Shown here one piece after another: positions 36,306 to 44,951 of a stretch of DNA of 64,000 nucleotides; the stretch's first letter is position 1, and every line of letters begins with the position of its first letter. Below the pieces are notes generated by a model. That model ran no database searches. It worked only from the letters and a program-made list of their open reading frames with translations, and was not told the origin of the DNA. The position numbers and the translations under genes were made by a program. The stretch is from Candidatus Limnocylindrales bacterium (GTDB lineage Bacteria > Chloroflexota > Limnocylindria > Limnocylindrales > CSP1-4): contig JBBRCU010000014.1 of NCBI GenBank assembly GCA_038204565.1, positions 3,541 through 67,540 on the forward strand, in the 5' to 3' direction.

Positions 36306-37692
36306 CGGCGCTGCCTCGACGCTCGGCGGCGATCCGGCCGACCAGCGGGCGCTGGCAACCGACGGTCGGCTGATCCGGGGCGTCCGCTGGCGGCTCGTTC
36401 TGTGGAGCGGCCTCACCACGCTTGTCGTCCTCGCCCTCCTTGGGGTCGCCCTCTATGTGGTCGCCGCTCGGACGCTCGAGGGCAACGGCATCAAGCAGCT
36501 CGAGAGCCGCGCCGCCTCGTTCCGGACCCAGCGCGACCCCCGCGTCGGGCCGGACCAGGGGTTCAGCTTCGGCGGGGGCTCGTCCGGCACATTCGCCCTG
36601 ATCGCCGGCTCGGACGGCGAGCCGCTCGTGTTCGGCCCGCGGATGCCCGTGATCCCCGACGGTCTGCCGTTCGAAGCGGGGATCGACGCTGCACGCAGCG
36701 CCGGCACCGACGTGCGGGTCGCCACGATCGATGGGACGCCGTTCCGGATTCGCACGGAGCAGGCCGATTCATCGCTCGGGACGGTCTACATCCAGACGAT
36801 CCAGGATCGGACGGCGGAGCAGCAGACCCTCGACGCGATCCGGAGCGTGCTGCTCGTCGGCGGTCTCGTCGTCGTCCTCATCGCCTTCGGGTTCGGGGCG
36901 TTCTATGCCAGCCGCGCCCTCGTCCCGATTCGCGAATCGCTCGTCCAGCAGCGCGCGGCGCTCCGCCGCCAGCGCGAGTTCGCCGCCGACGCGAGCCACG
37001 AGTTGCGGACCCCGCTGACCGTCATCCGGAGCTCCGTCGAGCACCTCCGGCGAAACCCCGGTGAGGGGGCCGCGGTCACCTCCCGCGAGGCACTCGACGA
37101 CATCGACGCCGAGGTCGGCCACCTCACGGCCCTCGTCGAGGACCTCCTCCTGCTGGCCCGCTCTGATTCGGGCGCGATCGGCCTGACCCGCCTCCCGGTC
37201 GATCTCGGCGACGTTGCGGCGGACGGGGCGGGCGCCCTGGTCAAAATGGCCGCCGACCGCGACGTCCACCTGGCGCTCGATCCGGAGCCCGCGATCGTCG
37301 ATGGCGATCACGCCCGCCTTCGCCAGCTCACGGTCATCCTCGTCGACAACGCGATCCGCCACACCCCACGCGGTGGGTCAGTCCGGGTCCGGGTCCGGAC
37401 CGATCAGCGTGAGGCGACGCTCCAGGTCGACGACGACGGCTCCGGCATCCTGCCCGAGGACATGCCCCATGTCTTCGAGCGTTTCTGGCGGGCGCCGGGC
37501 GCGGCCGTCGGGGGGACCGGCCTGGGCCTCGCCATCGCGAAGTCGATCGTCGACCTGCACGACGGCCGGATCGTGGTCAGCAACCGCCCCGACGGTGGGG
37601 CACGCTTCATCGTCCGTCTGCCGGGCGCCGGCCACCCGCCGGTCGGCGAAGCCCAATCCGGGTCGATCCTCGCGACCGACCGGCCCGGCTGA
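36298..37692 (+). CDS. Sensor histidine kinase (two TM, HisKA + HATPase_c)
   Basis: The H-box is FAADASHELRTPLTVI. The N and G boxes are VDNAIRHTP, DDDGSGI and GGTGLGLAIAKSIV. It overlaps the response regulator gene by 8 nt. Confidence 0.9.
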   Translation: MPDGAASTLGGDPADQRALATDGRLIRGVRWRLVLWSGLTTLVVLALLGVALYVVAARTLEGNGIKQLESRAASFRTQRDPRVGPDQGFSFGGGSSGTFALIAGSDGEPLVFGPRMPVIPDGLPFEAGIDAARSAGTDVRVATIDGTPFRIRTEQADSSLGTVYIQTIQDRTAEQQTLDAIRSVLLVGGLVVVLIAFGFGAFYASRALVPIRESLVQQRAALRRQREFAADASHELRTPLTVIRSSVEHLRRNPGEGAAVTSREALDDIDAEVGHLTALVEDLLLLARSDSGAIGLTRLPVDLGDVAADGAGALVKMAADRDVHLALDPEPAIVDGDHARLRQLTVILVDNAIRHTPRGGSVRVRVRTDQREATLQVDDDGSGILPEDMPHVFERFWRAPGAAVGGTGLGLAIAKSIVDLHDGRIVVSNRPDGGARFIVRLPGAGHPPVGEAQSGSILATDRPG

Positions 37693-37779
37693 GGGTCGGA
37701 ACAGGAGTCCAGCCACGCCGGACGGCGGGCACACCCGGTTCAGCCAGGCGAAATTCTCAGGACAGCCTCAGCAACGAAC

Positions 37780-39075
37780 GTGATCATGTCGAGACCGTCG
37801 GCATCCCGCGCCGCCAGCACAATCTGTGGAGCACCGATGCCCGAGCAGGACCGCCTCGATCCCCTCGCCACCATCGCCCCGATCGCCGCGGCCGCCGAGG
37901 CGCGTCACGGCCCAGCTGGCACTGCCGGCCCGGGGGTGGGTGCGATCGAGCCGATCGTCGTCCGCGTTCAGGGTTCGCCCGCCGCCTTCACGGGTCGGAC
38001 CCCGGGCAAGACCGCGGCCATCCGCGCCGGGATGCTTCTCGGTACCGGCCTCGTCGTGGCGATCGGAGCAGCGGTCGCGATGGGCGCCTCGCCGAGCCCG
38101 ACCTCGACCTCCGGCGGGGCAGCGCCGGCCGTGACGTCGAGCGCCGATCCGGGAGCCGGCAACCCCGGCAGGGGCCCGCGCGGCGGGTTTGGTCCGTTCG
38201 CCGGCTTCGGTCCCGGCGGCGGGCTCGCTCCCGGCGGGCTCGCTCCCGGCGGGTTCGGACCGGGCGGTCCAGGCACAGGCCTTGGCCGTCCGGGGGCTGC
38301 CGGCATCCACGGGGCGGGTCAGGTCACGGTCACCACGATCTCCGGCTCGAGCATCTCCCTCGCGACCGTTGACGGCTGGACCCGGATGATCACCGTGACA
38401 GGTTCGACGACAGTGACCAAAGGCGGCGCGGTGGCGACCCTGGCCGACCTTGCGGTCGGCGACGTCGTTCGGTTCGCGGAGACCCGGAACAGCGACGGCA
38501 CGTTCGCGATCACGAAACTCGACATTGTCCCGCCCCAGGTTGCCGGGACCGTGACGGCGGTCACGGCCGCTGCGATCACGCTGACGTTGCGTGATGGAAC
38601 CGCCTCGACGATCAAGACGAATCGCGCCACGACGTACCACGTCGCCGATTCAGATGGCACGCGAGCCGATGTGACCGTCGGCGTGACGATCCTCGCGACG
38701 GGTGGTCGCGGCGCCGACGGAAGCCTGACCGCGGGCTCGGTCTGGGTCCGCCTGCCGCATGTCGGGGGAACCGTGACCGCGGTCGGCACGAGCACGATCA
38801 CGGTGGCCCGGCCCGACGGGACGACGGTCACGGTTCATGTCGGCGCAGGCGCGACGATCCGGGTCGCCGGTGTGGACGGTGCGAAGCTGTCCGACCTCAA
38901 ATCGGGAATGGTCGTCGTGGTCGAGGGTGCCCAACGGGCCGACGGCTCGATCGACGCCCGCATGATCGGGGCGGGCAAGGGCGGCCGCGGCAGGGACCTC
39001 GGGAACGGCCATGGCAAGGTCCAGGGGCCCGATGCATCCGTCGCCCCAGTCGCTTCGGGCAGCACCGGCGGCTGA
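37780..39075 (+). CDS. Secreted/membrane-anchored protein with three DUF5666-like beta-rich repeats and a Gly/Pro linker
   Basis: Three roughly 70-aa modules share the pattern G(T/Q)VT.V....I.L....G....I.V...T.......A.L.DL..G..V.V. The N-terminus has a hydrophobic helix LLGTGLVVAIGAAVAMGA. Confidence 0.7.
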   Translation: MIMSRPSASRAASTICGAPMPEQDRLDPLATIAPIAAAAEARHGPAGTAGPGVGAIEPIVVRVQGSPAAFTGRTPGKTAAIRAGMLLGTGLVVAIGAAVAMGASPSPTSTSGGAAPAVTSSADPGAGNPGRGPRGGFGPFAGFGPGGGLAPGGLAPGGFGPGGPGTGLGRPGAAGIHGAGQVTVTTISGSSISLATVDGWTRMITVTGSTTVTKGGAVATLADLAVGDVVRFAETRNSDGTFAITKLDIVPPQVAGTVTAVTAAAITLTLRDGTASTIKTNRATTYHVADSDGTRADVTVGVTILATGGRGADGSLTAGSVWVRLPHVGGTVTAVGTSTITVARPDGTTVTVHVGAGATIRVAGVDGAKLSDLKSGMVVVVEGAQRADGSIDARMIGAGKGGRGRDLGNGHGKVQGPDASVAPVASGSTGG

Positions 39076-39236
39076 CGGCGGCCCATCTGCCGACCCAGAT
39101 GCCTCGTCGGGCCGGGGCAACTCGGGTCGCCACTTGACGGCCGACAGAACCCCCGCCCATCTCAGGACCTTCTCACTGCCGCGCGGTTTCATCAGACATG
39201 ACACGATCCGCACGTCCGTGACCGGAGAGACCCGCG

Positions 39237-40400
39237 ATGCATCCAGATGACCCCACTCCGCCGACCGATCCCTGGTCGACGACCCCCGAAATCGAGCAGA
39301 CCCCAACCTGGACCCCTGCGGCCAGCCCGGACGGGACCCGTGACCTATGGGGCCGGCCTGCGCGGCCGGCGACGCCCGACCCGGGCTGGCCTGCCATGAG
39401 CAGCCCGGCCGCGCCAGCCCCGATCCCGGACGCGGCCCCGGACTGGTCACGTGCTGCGCGCGAACGAGTGACCGACACCACGGCGTGGGCGTGGCGCGCT
39501 GAGACGGCTTCGCCTCCCGCACCACAGTTCGAGGCCCGACCCTCGACCATCGCGTCAGCAGCCACGCCGTGGGCCACCTCGGGCGGGCGGCGCGGCACCT
39601 TCCGGACCGTCGTCGCTGCAGCTCTGCTGTCGGCGGTCCTCGCGTCCGGCTCGACGGCGGCAATCGTCAGCGTGGTCCGGCCCGGCTCGTCGAGTGCCGG
39701 CCTGCCGACGGCGACACCGAACGCCGCGGTGACCACGAGCGGCGGAACCACGACGGTCCAGCAAGAGGACATCACCCAGGTGGTCGCCGACGCCCGCGAT
39801 TCGGTCGTGACCCTGACGTCGCAGATCGGTGGCGGACGCGGAGGGTTCGGGGCAGGCGGGGTCGGAGTCGGGTCCGGAATCGTCCTCACAGCCGACGGCT
39901 ACACCCTCACGAACCGTCACGTCGTCGAGGGCTCGACATCCCTCACTGCCACGACTGCCGACGGGACGGAATACCCGGCGACCATCGTGACGGTCTCCGA
40001 CACGCAGGACCTCGCCCTCGTGAAGATCGATGCGACCGGGCTGAAGGCGGCGACGATCGGCCCGTCGACCCGGATCCAGGTCGGCCAGACCGCGATCGCC
40101 ATCGGCAGTCCGCTCGGGACCTACACCGAGACCGTGACGAAGGGCATTGTCTCCGCGCTCGATCGGACGATCACCGTCCAGGACGACCAGACCGGCCGAC
40201 CGGTCACCCTCAACGGCCTGGTCCAGACGGACGCGGCCATCAACCCCGGGAACAGCGGCGGCCCGCTCCTCAACGCAATCGGTCAGGTCATCGGGGTGAA
40301 CACCGCGACCGCCTCCAGCGCTGAGGGCCTCGGCTTCGCGATCCCGATCGACGAGGCGGCGAGCCTGATCGCCCAGGCCCGCGCGGCCTCCGCCGCCTGA
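39237..40400 (+). CDS. HtrA/PepD-like S1C serine protease without a PDZ domain
   Basis: The triad context is TNRHVV (His), DLALVKI (Asp) and GNSGGPLL (Ser). A Pro-rich N-terminus and a TM helix FRTVVAAALLSAVLA are present. Confidence 0.85.
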   Translation: MHPDDPTPPTDPWSTTPEIEQTPTWTPAASPDGTRDLWGRPARPATPDPGWPAMSSPAAPAPIPDAAPDWSRAARERVTDTTAWAWRAETASPPAPQFEARPSTIASAATPWATSGGRRGTFRTVVAAALLSAVLASGSTAAIVSVVRPGSSSAGLPTATPNAAVTTSGGTTTVQQEDITQVVADARDSVVTLTSQIGGGRGGFGAGGVGVGSGIVLTADGYTLTNRHVVEGSTSLTATTADGTEYPATIVTVSDTQDLALVKIDATGLKAATIGPSTRIQVGQTAIAIGSPLGTYTETVTKGIVSALDRTITVQDDQTGRPVTLNGLVQTDAAINPGNSGGPLLNAIGQVIGVNTATASSAEGLGFAIPIDEAASLIAQARAASAA

Positions 40401-40531
40401 CCCAGGGCCTCGTCCAGCGCGAAAACGCCGGGCCTTCGGCCGGCGTCGACATCCCGTTCGATCCGATCGGACCACCGGTGCAGGCCGTTCGACCTCTGTC
40501 CGATGCCGAGCCCGGGGGCTATGGTCGCGGT

Positions 40532-41122
40532 ATGCGTAGTTGCCTCCCCGAGCCTGCGACCGCGGCGGCCGCGACCCACGCGGCAGCCGCGGCTACCGTC
40601 GCCGGCGGCGTCCCGGGCCCCACGGCCGGCGTCCGGATCCGCCGCATCCGATCGGGCGATCACGATCGGCTCCAGCAGTTCTACGCGGGTCTCTCCGACG
40701 AGAGCCGGCAGACCCGGTTTCTGGGCCCGGCCACCGGGATCGGAGACCGCCAGTCGACCTACTTCTGCTCCCCGGATCACGCCCATCGCGAAGGGTTCGT
40801 CGCCATCATCGACGCGGCGACGCGGCCGGCCCAGATCGTCGGCCACATCTGCGTCGAGCCGGACGGACCCGCGTCGGCGGAGGTTGCGGTCGCCGTCGCC
40901 GACGCGTTCCAGGCCCGGGGGATCGGGCGGCGCCTGGTCGACGCGGCCGTGCTGTGGGCGCAGCGTGACGGGTTCCGGACGCTCACCGCGACGATGCTGG
41001 CCGGCAATCCGGCGATCCAGCGCCTGCTAACCGGCCTCGGTCTGCCGAGCGTCGCCATGGCGGCGGGCGCCGGAATCATCGAGGTCCGGATCGACCTCGG
41101 CGACGTCCGCTCGGCGGCCTGA
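40532..41122 (+). CDS. GNAT family acetyltransferase
   Basis: VAVADAFQARGIGRRLVDAAVLWAQRDGF is motif A. The start is uncertain (ATG 40532 or the track GTG at 40478). Confidence 0.7.
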   Translation: MRSCLPEPATAAAATHAAAAATVAGGVPGPTAGVRIRRIRSGDHDRLQQFYAGLSDESRQTRFLGPATGIGDRQSTYFCSPDHAHREGFVAIIDAATRPAQIVGHICVEPDGPASAEVAVAVADAFQARGIGRRLVDAAVLWAQRDGFRTLTATMLAGNPAIQRLLTGLGLPSVAMAAGAGIIEVRIDLGDVRSAA

Positions 41123-41275
41123 TCCGCGGCCCGATCCGCCGCCGGACAGTCCGTTCGGCCCGTGCGCCGATGACTTCGGACCATCGTCGGCCAGGGGCCC
41201 CGTGGACGACGATCGTGCTGGATCCGGCAGGAGACCACCGTCGGGCGGTCACTCCGGAAGGAAGAGAGGTCGGTC

Positions 41276-41677
41276 ATGAACCGCATCCTGTTGGCCTATG
41301 ACGGAAGCGAACCGGCGATCCGCGCTCTCGAAACGACAGTCGATCTGGCAACCCGGTTCGGGGCGTTCGTCGGCGTCGTGAGCGTGGTGCCGATCCGGGC
41401 CATGGCGATGGGCGTCGACCCGTGGGATGACCGTTCCGTCCATGCCGACGAGCTCCGCGACGCCCAGGAGCGGCTTCGCCAGAAGGGCATCGAGCCCGAG
41501 CTCATCGAGCCGTACGGCGATCCTGCCTGGACGATCGAGCGGATCGCTGCCGAACGCAACTTCGACACGATCGTGATCGGCTCCCGCGGACAGGGCGCCA
41601 TCGGGCGGTTCCTGGGCGGGAGTGTCAGCGAGCACGTCGCCACGCACACGGACGCGACGGTGGTCGTGACTCACTGA
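41276..41677 (+). CDS. Universal stress protein (UspA family)
   Basis: MNRILLAYDGSEPA...IVIGSRGQGAIGRFLGGSVSEHVATHTDATVVV. Confidence 0.88.
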   Translation: MNRILLAYDGSEPAIRALETTVDLATRFGAFVGVVSVVPIRAMAMGVDPWDDRSVHADELRDAQERLRQKGIEPELIEPYGDPAWTIERIAAERNFDTIVIGSRGQGAIGRFLGGSVSEHVATHTDATVVVTH

Positions 41678-41745
41678 ACACAAACCCGGCTCGTACCGTC
41701 CCGGAGGAGCAATCCCCGGAGCGAGCCACGGAGGAGCGACAGCTA

Positions 41746-41772
41746 CGCCGCCCGCGCATTGCGCGGGCGGCG
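41746..41772 (+). terminator. 12-13-bp perfect GC hairpin downstream of the USP gene
   Basis: cgccgcccgcgc att gcgcgggcggcg lies 68 nt after the stop. There is no U-tract. Confidence 0.4.
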
Positions 41773-42123
41773 TCGTCGTCCGCGGCCCGGACCGAGGCTG
41801 GCCGGGACCTTCATCGGGGATGCCCAGTGGGGCCGTTCGGCACGCCAGATTCGGCCTTGACGGCACCTCCGGCCGCGGGCCGCGTCGACCGATGCTGGGC
41901 CCATGGGCGAACTCGAGATCAGCCGACCTGGGATCGTGAGAACGTCGGCTCGGCCGGCGCGGCTCCACGCAATCCACCGCCTTGTCGTCGGCCCGGTCGT
42001 GGTCGGCCGGATCGCTTGCGACCCGCAGGCTGTCGCGGGGACCATTTCCGGACACGAACCCGCTGCCGCGGCTGGAGCCGATCGGCCCCGCGCGACTACG
42101 GGCGCCCGCACGAGGTAGACCCG

Positions 42124-42537
42124 ATGGACGAGCCCCTGAACCTGATCCTCTTCTCCGGCACGGACGACAAGCTCCAGGCTGCGGCGGTGCTCAGCGCCGG
42201 CGCCGCCGCCCTCGGTCGGCCGGTCAACGTGTTCCTCCAGTACTGGGCCCTCGACGCGTTCCGGGCCGACAGGATCAACGATCCGCACGGCCTCGCGCCG
42301 GAGGCGGGCGAGGAAGGCCGCCGTCACGTCGACGCCCTGACCGCAGCCGGACAGCAGAGCTGGGCGGAGACGTTCCGCCAGGCAAAGGATCTCGGCGGCA
42401 TCGACATCGAGGCTTGCTCGCTCTCGATGGACCTGCTGGGGATCGGACCCGACGATCTCGACCCGCTGGTCGACGGAGTCGAGGGCGTGACTGCCTTCCA
42501 CATCAATGCCGGCAGCGGCCCAGTCGTCTTCATCTGA
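42124..42537 (+). CDS. DsrE/DsrF-like sulfur-relay family protein
   Basis: From the ATG at 42124: MDEPLNLILFSGTDDKLQAAAVLSAGAAALGRPVNVFLQYWAL...IEACSLSMDLLG. The Cys context is conserved. It is 137 aa. Confidence 0.75.
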   Translation: MDEPLNLILFSGTDDKLQAAAVLSAGAAALGRPVNVFLQYWALDAFRADRINDPHGLAPEAGEEGRRHVDALTAAGQQSWAETFRQAKDLGGIDIEACSLSMDLLGIGPDDLDPLVDGVEGVTAFHINAGSGPVVFI

Positions 42538-42587
42538 CCACCCATTTCCATTCGATCGCCCATTTCGTGATGCTGAAGGAGGCAACC

Positions 42588-42824
42588 ATGGGAATCATCC
42601 AGATTGATCGGACCCTCGACGCCCGCGGGCTCGCCTGTCCGATGCCGATCGTCAAGACAGCCCAGCTGATCAAGACGATGGCCTCAGGCGAAACGCTCGA
42701 GGTCACCTCGACCGACGCGGGCTCCATCAAGGACTTTGCCGCCTGGTCGCGGACCACCGGCAATGCCCTCCTCGAATCCAGCTCCGACGCGGCGATCTAT
42801 CGCTTCGTCCTCCGGAAGGCCTGA
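42588..42824 (+). CDS. TusA/SirA-family sulfurtransferase
   Basis: A strong SD (gaaggagg) lies upstream of the ATG at 42588. MGIIQIDRTLDARGLACPMPIVKTAQ carries the CPxP active-site motif. It is 78 aa. Confidence 0.85.
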   Translation: MGIIQIDRTLDARGLACPMPIVKTAQLIKTMASGETLEVTSTDAGSIKDFAAWSRTTGNALLESSSDAAIYRFVLRKA

Positions 42825-43406
42825 GTGACCACGATGACCCTCGTCGCCGAACCGGTTGCCGTTACCGCCAGCGGCCCGGTCGCCCCACCGGCCAGCGAGC
42901 CGCTCCCCGCCGCCGTTGCGGCCGAACCTGTCACCAAGCAGATGGTGATCGTCAACTGGTCGGGCGAGCTCGACCGGATCTGGCCGACCCTGATCCTCTC
43001 GTCCGCTGCCGCCGCATCGGGCGTCCAGTGCAAGGTCTTCGTGACCTTCTGGGGCCTCCTCCCGTTCGTCAAGGACGGCGTCCGGATCACGGGCGACAAC
43101 TGGAAGCAGCGAATGATGTCGGCCATGAACCGGCCCGGTATCGATCACCTGAAGCTCAGCAAGATGAACTTCCTGGGCATGGGCCCATGGATGATGGGAA
43201 CGCTCCGCAAGCAGTACCAGATCGCCTCCCCGCGAGAGCTCCTCGAAGCCTGCCAGGCGCTCGGCGTGGAGTTCATCCCGTGCCAGATGTCGATGGACAT
43301 GTTCGGCCTGAAGCGCGACGACCTGATCGACGGGATGGCCGATCCGGCGGGCGCCGCGACGGCCATCGAGATCATGACCGAAGCCAACGCCTCGCTGTTC
43401 ATCTAG
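42825..43406 (+). CDS. DsrE/DsrF-like family protein (longer paralog with a Pro/Ala-rich N-terminus)
   Basis: QMVIVNWSGELDRIWPTLILSSAAAASG...VEFIPCQMSMDMFG parallels the first DsrE-like gene. Its start abuts the upstream stop. Confidence 0.7.
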   Translation: MTTMTLVAEPVAVTASGPVAPPASEPLPAAVAAEPVTKQMVIVNWSGELDRIWPTLILSSAAAASGVQCKVFVTFWGLLPFVKDGVRITGDNWKQRMMSAMNRPGIDHLKLSKMNFLGMGPWMMGTLRKQYQIASPRELLEACQALGVEFIPCQMSMDMFGLKRDDLIDGMADPAGAATAIEIMTEANASLFI

Positions 43407-43421
43407 GAAGGATCCGATCCG

Positions 43422-43679
43422 ATGATCGACTCGATCGCTACCCCGTCCGCGTCGCCGGCCCGCACGATCGACGCCCGGGGCAGCTTCTGCCCCGGTCCCC
43501 TGATGGAGCTGATCCGGGCCATCCGCGAGTCCCAGGTCGGCGACGTCCTGGCGGTCCTGTCCTCCGACCACGGCAGCCAGACCGACATCCCGAAGTGGAT
43601 CGAGAAGGCCGGCCACCGATTGATCGGGGTGACGGCCCGCGAGGGCTTCGACGAGATCCTCGTCGAGAAGATGCGCTGA
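43422..43679 (+). CDS. TusA-like sulfurtransferase (second copy)
   Basis: TIDARGSFCPGPLMELIRAI carries CPxP. It is 85 aa. Confidence 0.8.
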   Translation: MIDSIATPSASPARTIDARGSFCPGPLMELIRAIRESQVGDVLAVLSSDHGSQTDIPKWIEKAGHRLIGVTAREGFDEILVEKMR

Positions 43680-44845
43680 TGAACCAGATGGCCCGGATCG
43701 TCATCCTTGGCGGCGGCGTGGGAGGGACGCTGACCGCGAACCTCCTGGCCCGCAAGCTCCACCGGGAGCTCAAGGCCGGGACGGTGGCCATCACCGTCGT
43801 CGACACGTCCGGCGAGCACGTCTACCAGCCCGGCTTCATGTACATCGCCATGGGTGGCGAGCGCGCGGCAAAGCTCCACCGGCCGGAGCGCGGCCTCCTC
43901 GACAAGCGGGTCGATCTCGTCGTCGGGACGATCGTCCGCGTCGACGAGGAGCTTCGACTCGTGGAGCTCGCCGACGGCAACGCCCTGCGCTACGACCAGC
44001 TCGTCCTCGCGACGGGCTCGCGGATTGTGCCCGAGGAGATCGAGCACTTCTCCATGGAGGCCCACCACTTCTACAGCGCCGAGGATGCGGGCCGCCTGCG
44101 GGCCGCCCTCGACCGATTCAGCGGCGGCCGAATCGTCATCGGCATTGCCGGGATGCCGTACAAGTGCCCGCCGGCGCCGCTCGAGGTCGCGTTCCTCATC
44201 GAGACGGAGCTGCGGCAGCGCGGCCTGCGAGCCCAGACCACGATCGACTTCTGCTCGCCGATCGGACGCGCGTTCACCATCGAGAGCGTGTCTGACATGG
44301 CGACCCCCATCCTCGCCGAGAAGGGCATCGGGCTCCACACGTTCTTCAATGTCGAGTCGATCGACCCGACGCGGAAGGTGGTCCAGAGTCTCGAGGGCGA
44401 GGAGCTCCCCTATGACCTCCTGATCCTGGTCCCGCCCCACAAGGGCCAGCGGTTCCTCATCGACTCCGGACTCGCCCCGGCGCCCGGCGGCTGGCTCCCG
44501 ACCGATCGGGAGACCCTTGCGGTCGGCGGCCGGACCAACGTCCACGCCCTCGGCGACGCGACCGATCTGCCCCTCTCGAAGGCGGGCTCGACGGCCCATT
44601 TCGAGGCGCCCGTCGTGGCTGAGCGAATCGCGGCCGCTGTCCAGGGCCGTGAGCCGGCCGGCAAGCACGCCGCCTACCACGGCAAGGTGATGTGCTTCTT
44701 CGAGATCGGCGACGGGAAGGGCACGCTCCTCCAGTTCGACTACACCCATCCGCCGAAGCCGCCCACCCCCAACCGGCTCTGGCACCTCGGCAAGATCGTC
44801 TTCAACAAGACGTACTGGCACACGGTGCCGAAGGGCCGCGTCTGA
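43679..44845 (+). CDS. Sulfide:quinone oxidoreductase-like FAD-dependent oxidoreductase
   Basis: From the ATG at 43679, which overlaps the upstream TGA by 1 nt. ARIVILGGGVGGTLTAN is the FAD motif, with GMPYKCPPAPLE and VHALGDATD. Confidence 0.8.
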   Translation: MNQMARIVILGGGVGGTLTANLLARKLHRELKAGTVAITVVDTSGEHVYQPGFMYIAMGGERAAKLHRPERGLLDKRVDLVVGTIVRVDEELRLVELADGNALRYDQLVLATGSRIVPEEIEHFSMEAHHFYSAEDAGRLRAALDRFSGGRIVIGIAGMPYKCPPAPLEVAFLIETELRQRGLRAQTTIDFCSPIGRAFTIESVSDMATPILAEKGIGLHTFFNVESIDPTRKVVQSLEGEELPYDLLILVPPHKGQRFLIDSGLAPAPGGWLPTDRETLAVGGRTNVHALGDATDLPLSKAGSTAHFEAPVVAERIAAAVQGREPAGKHAAYHGKVMCFFEIGDGKGTLLQFDYTHPPKPPTPNRLWHLGKIVFNKTYWHTVPKGRV

Positions 44846-44951
44846 CGGCCGGTTGAACGGCGATCACACCCCGCCAGGCCGGGGTGATGGGGTGGCGCGA
44901 CGGAAACGGAGGTGGGGCCGTGCTCTGTCAGACTGAGCGGCGGCCCCTCGG

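Noticed and set aside
41903-42118. 71-aa + strand ORF in the 340-nt leader before the sulfur cluster
   Set aside because: It has moderate GC3 but no SD, no recognisable motif and no HTH. The evidence is insufficient to call a regulator.
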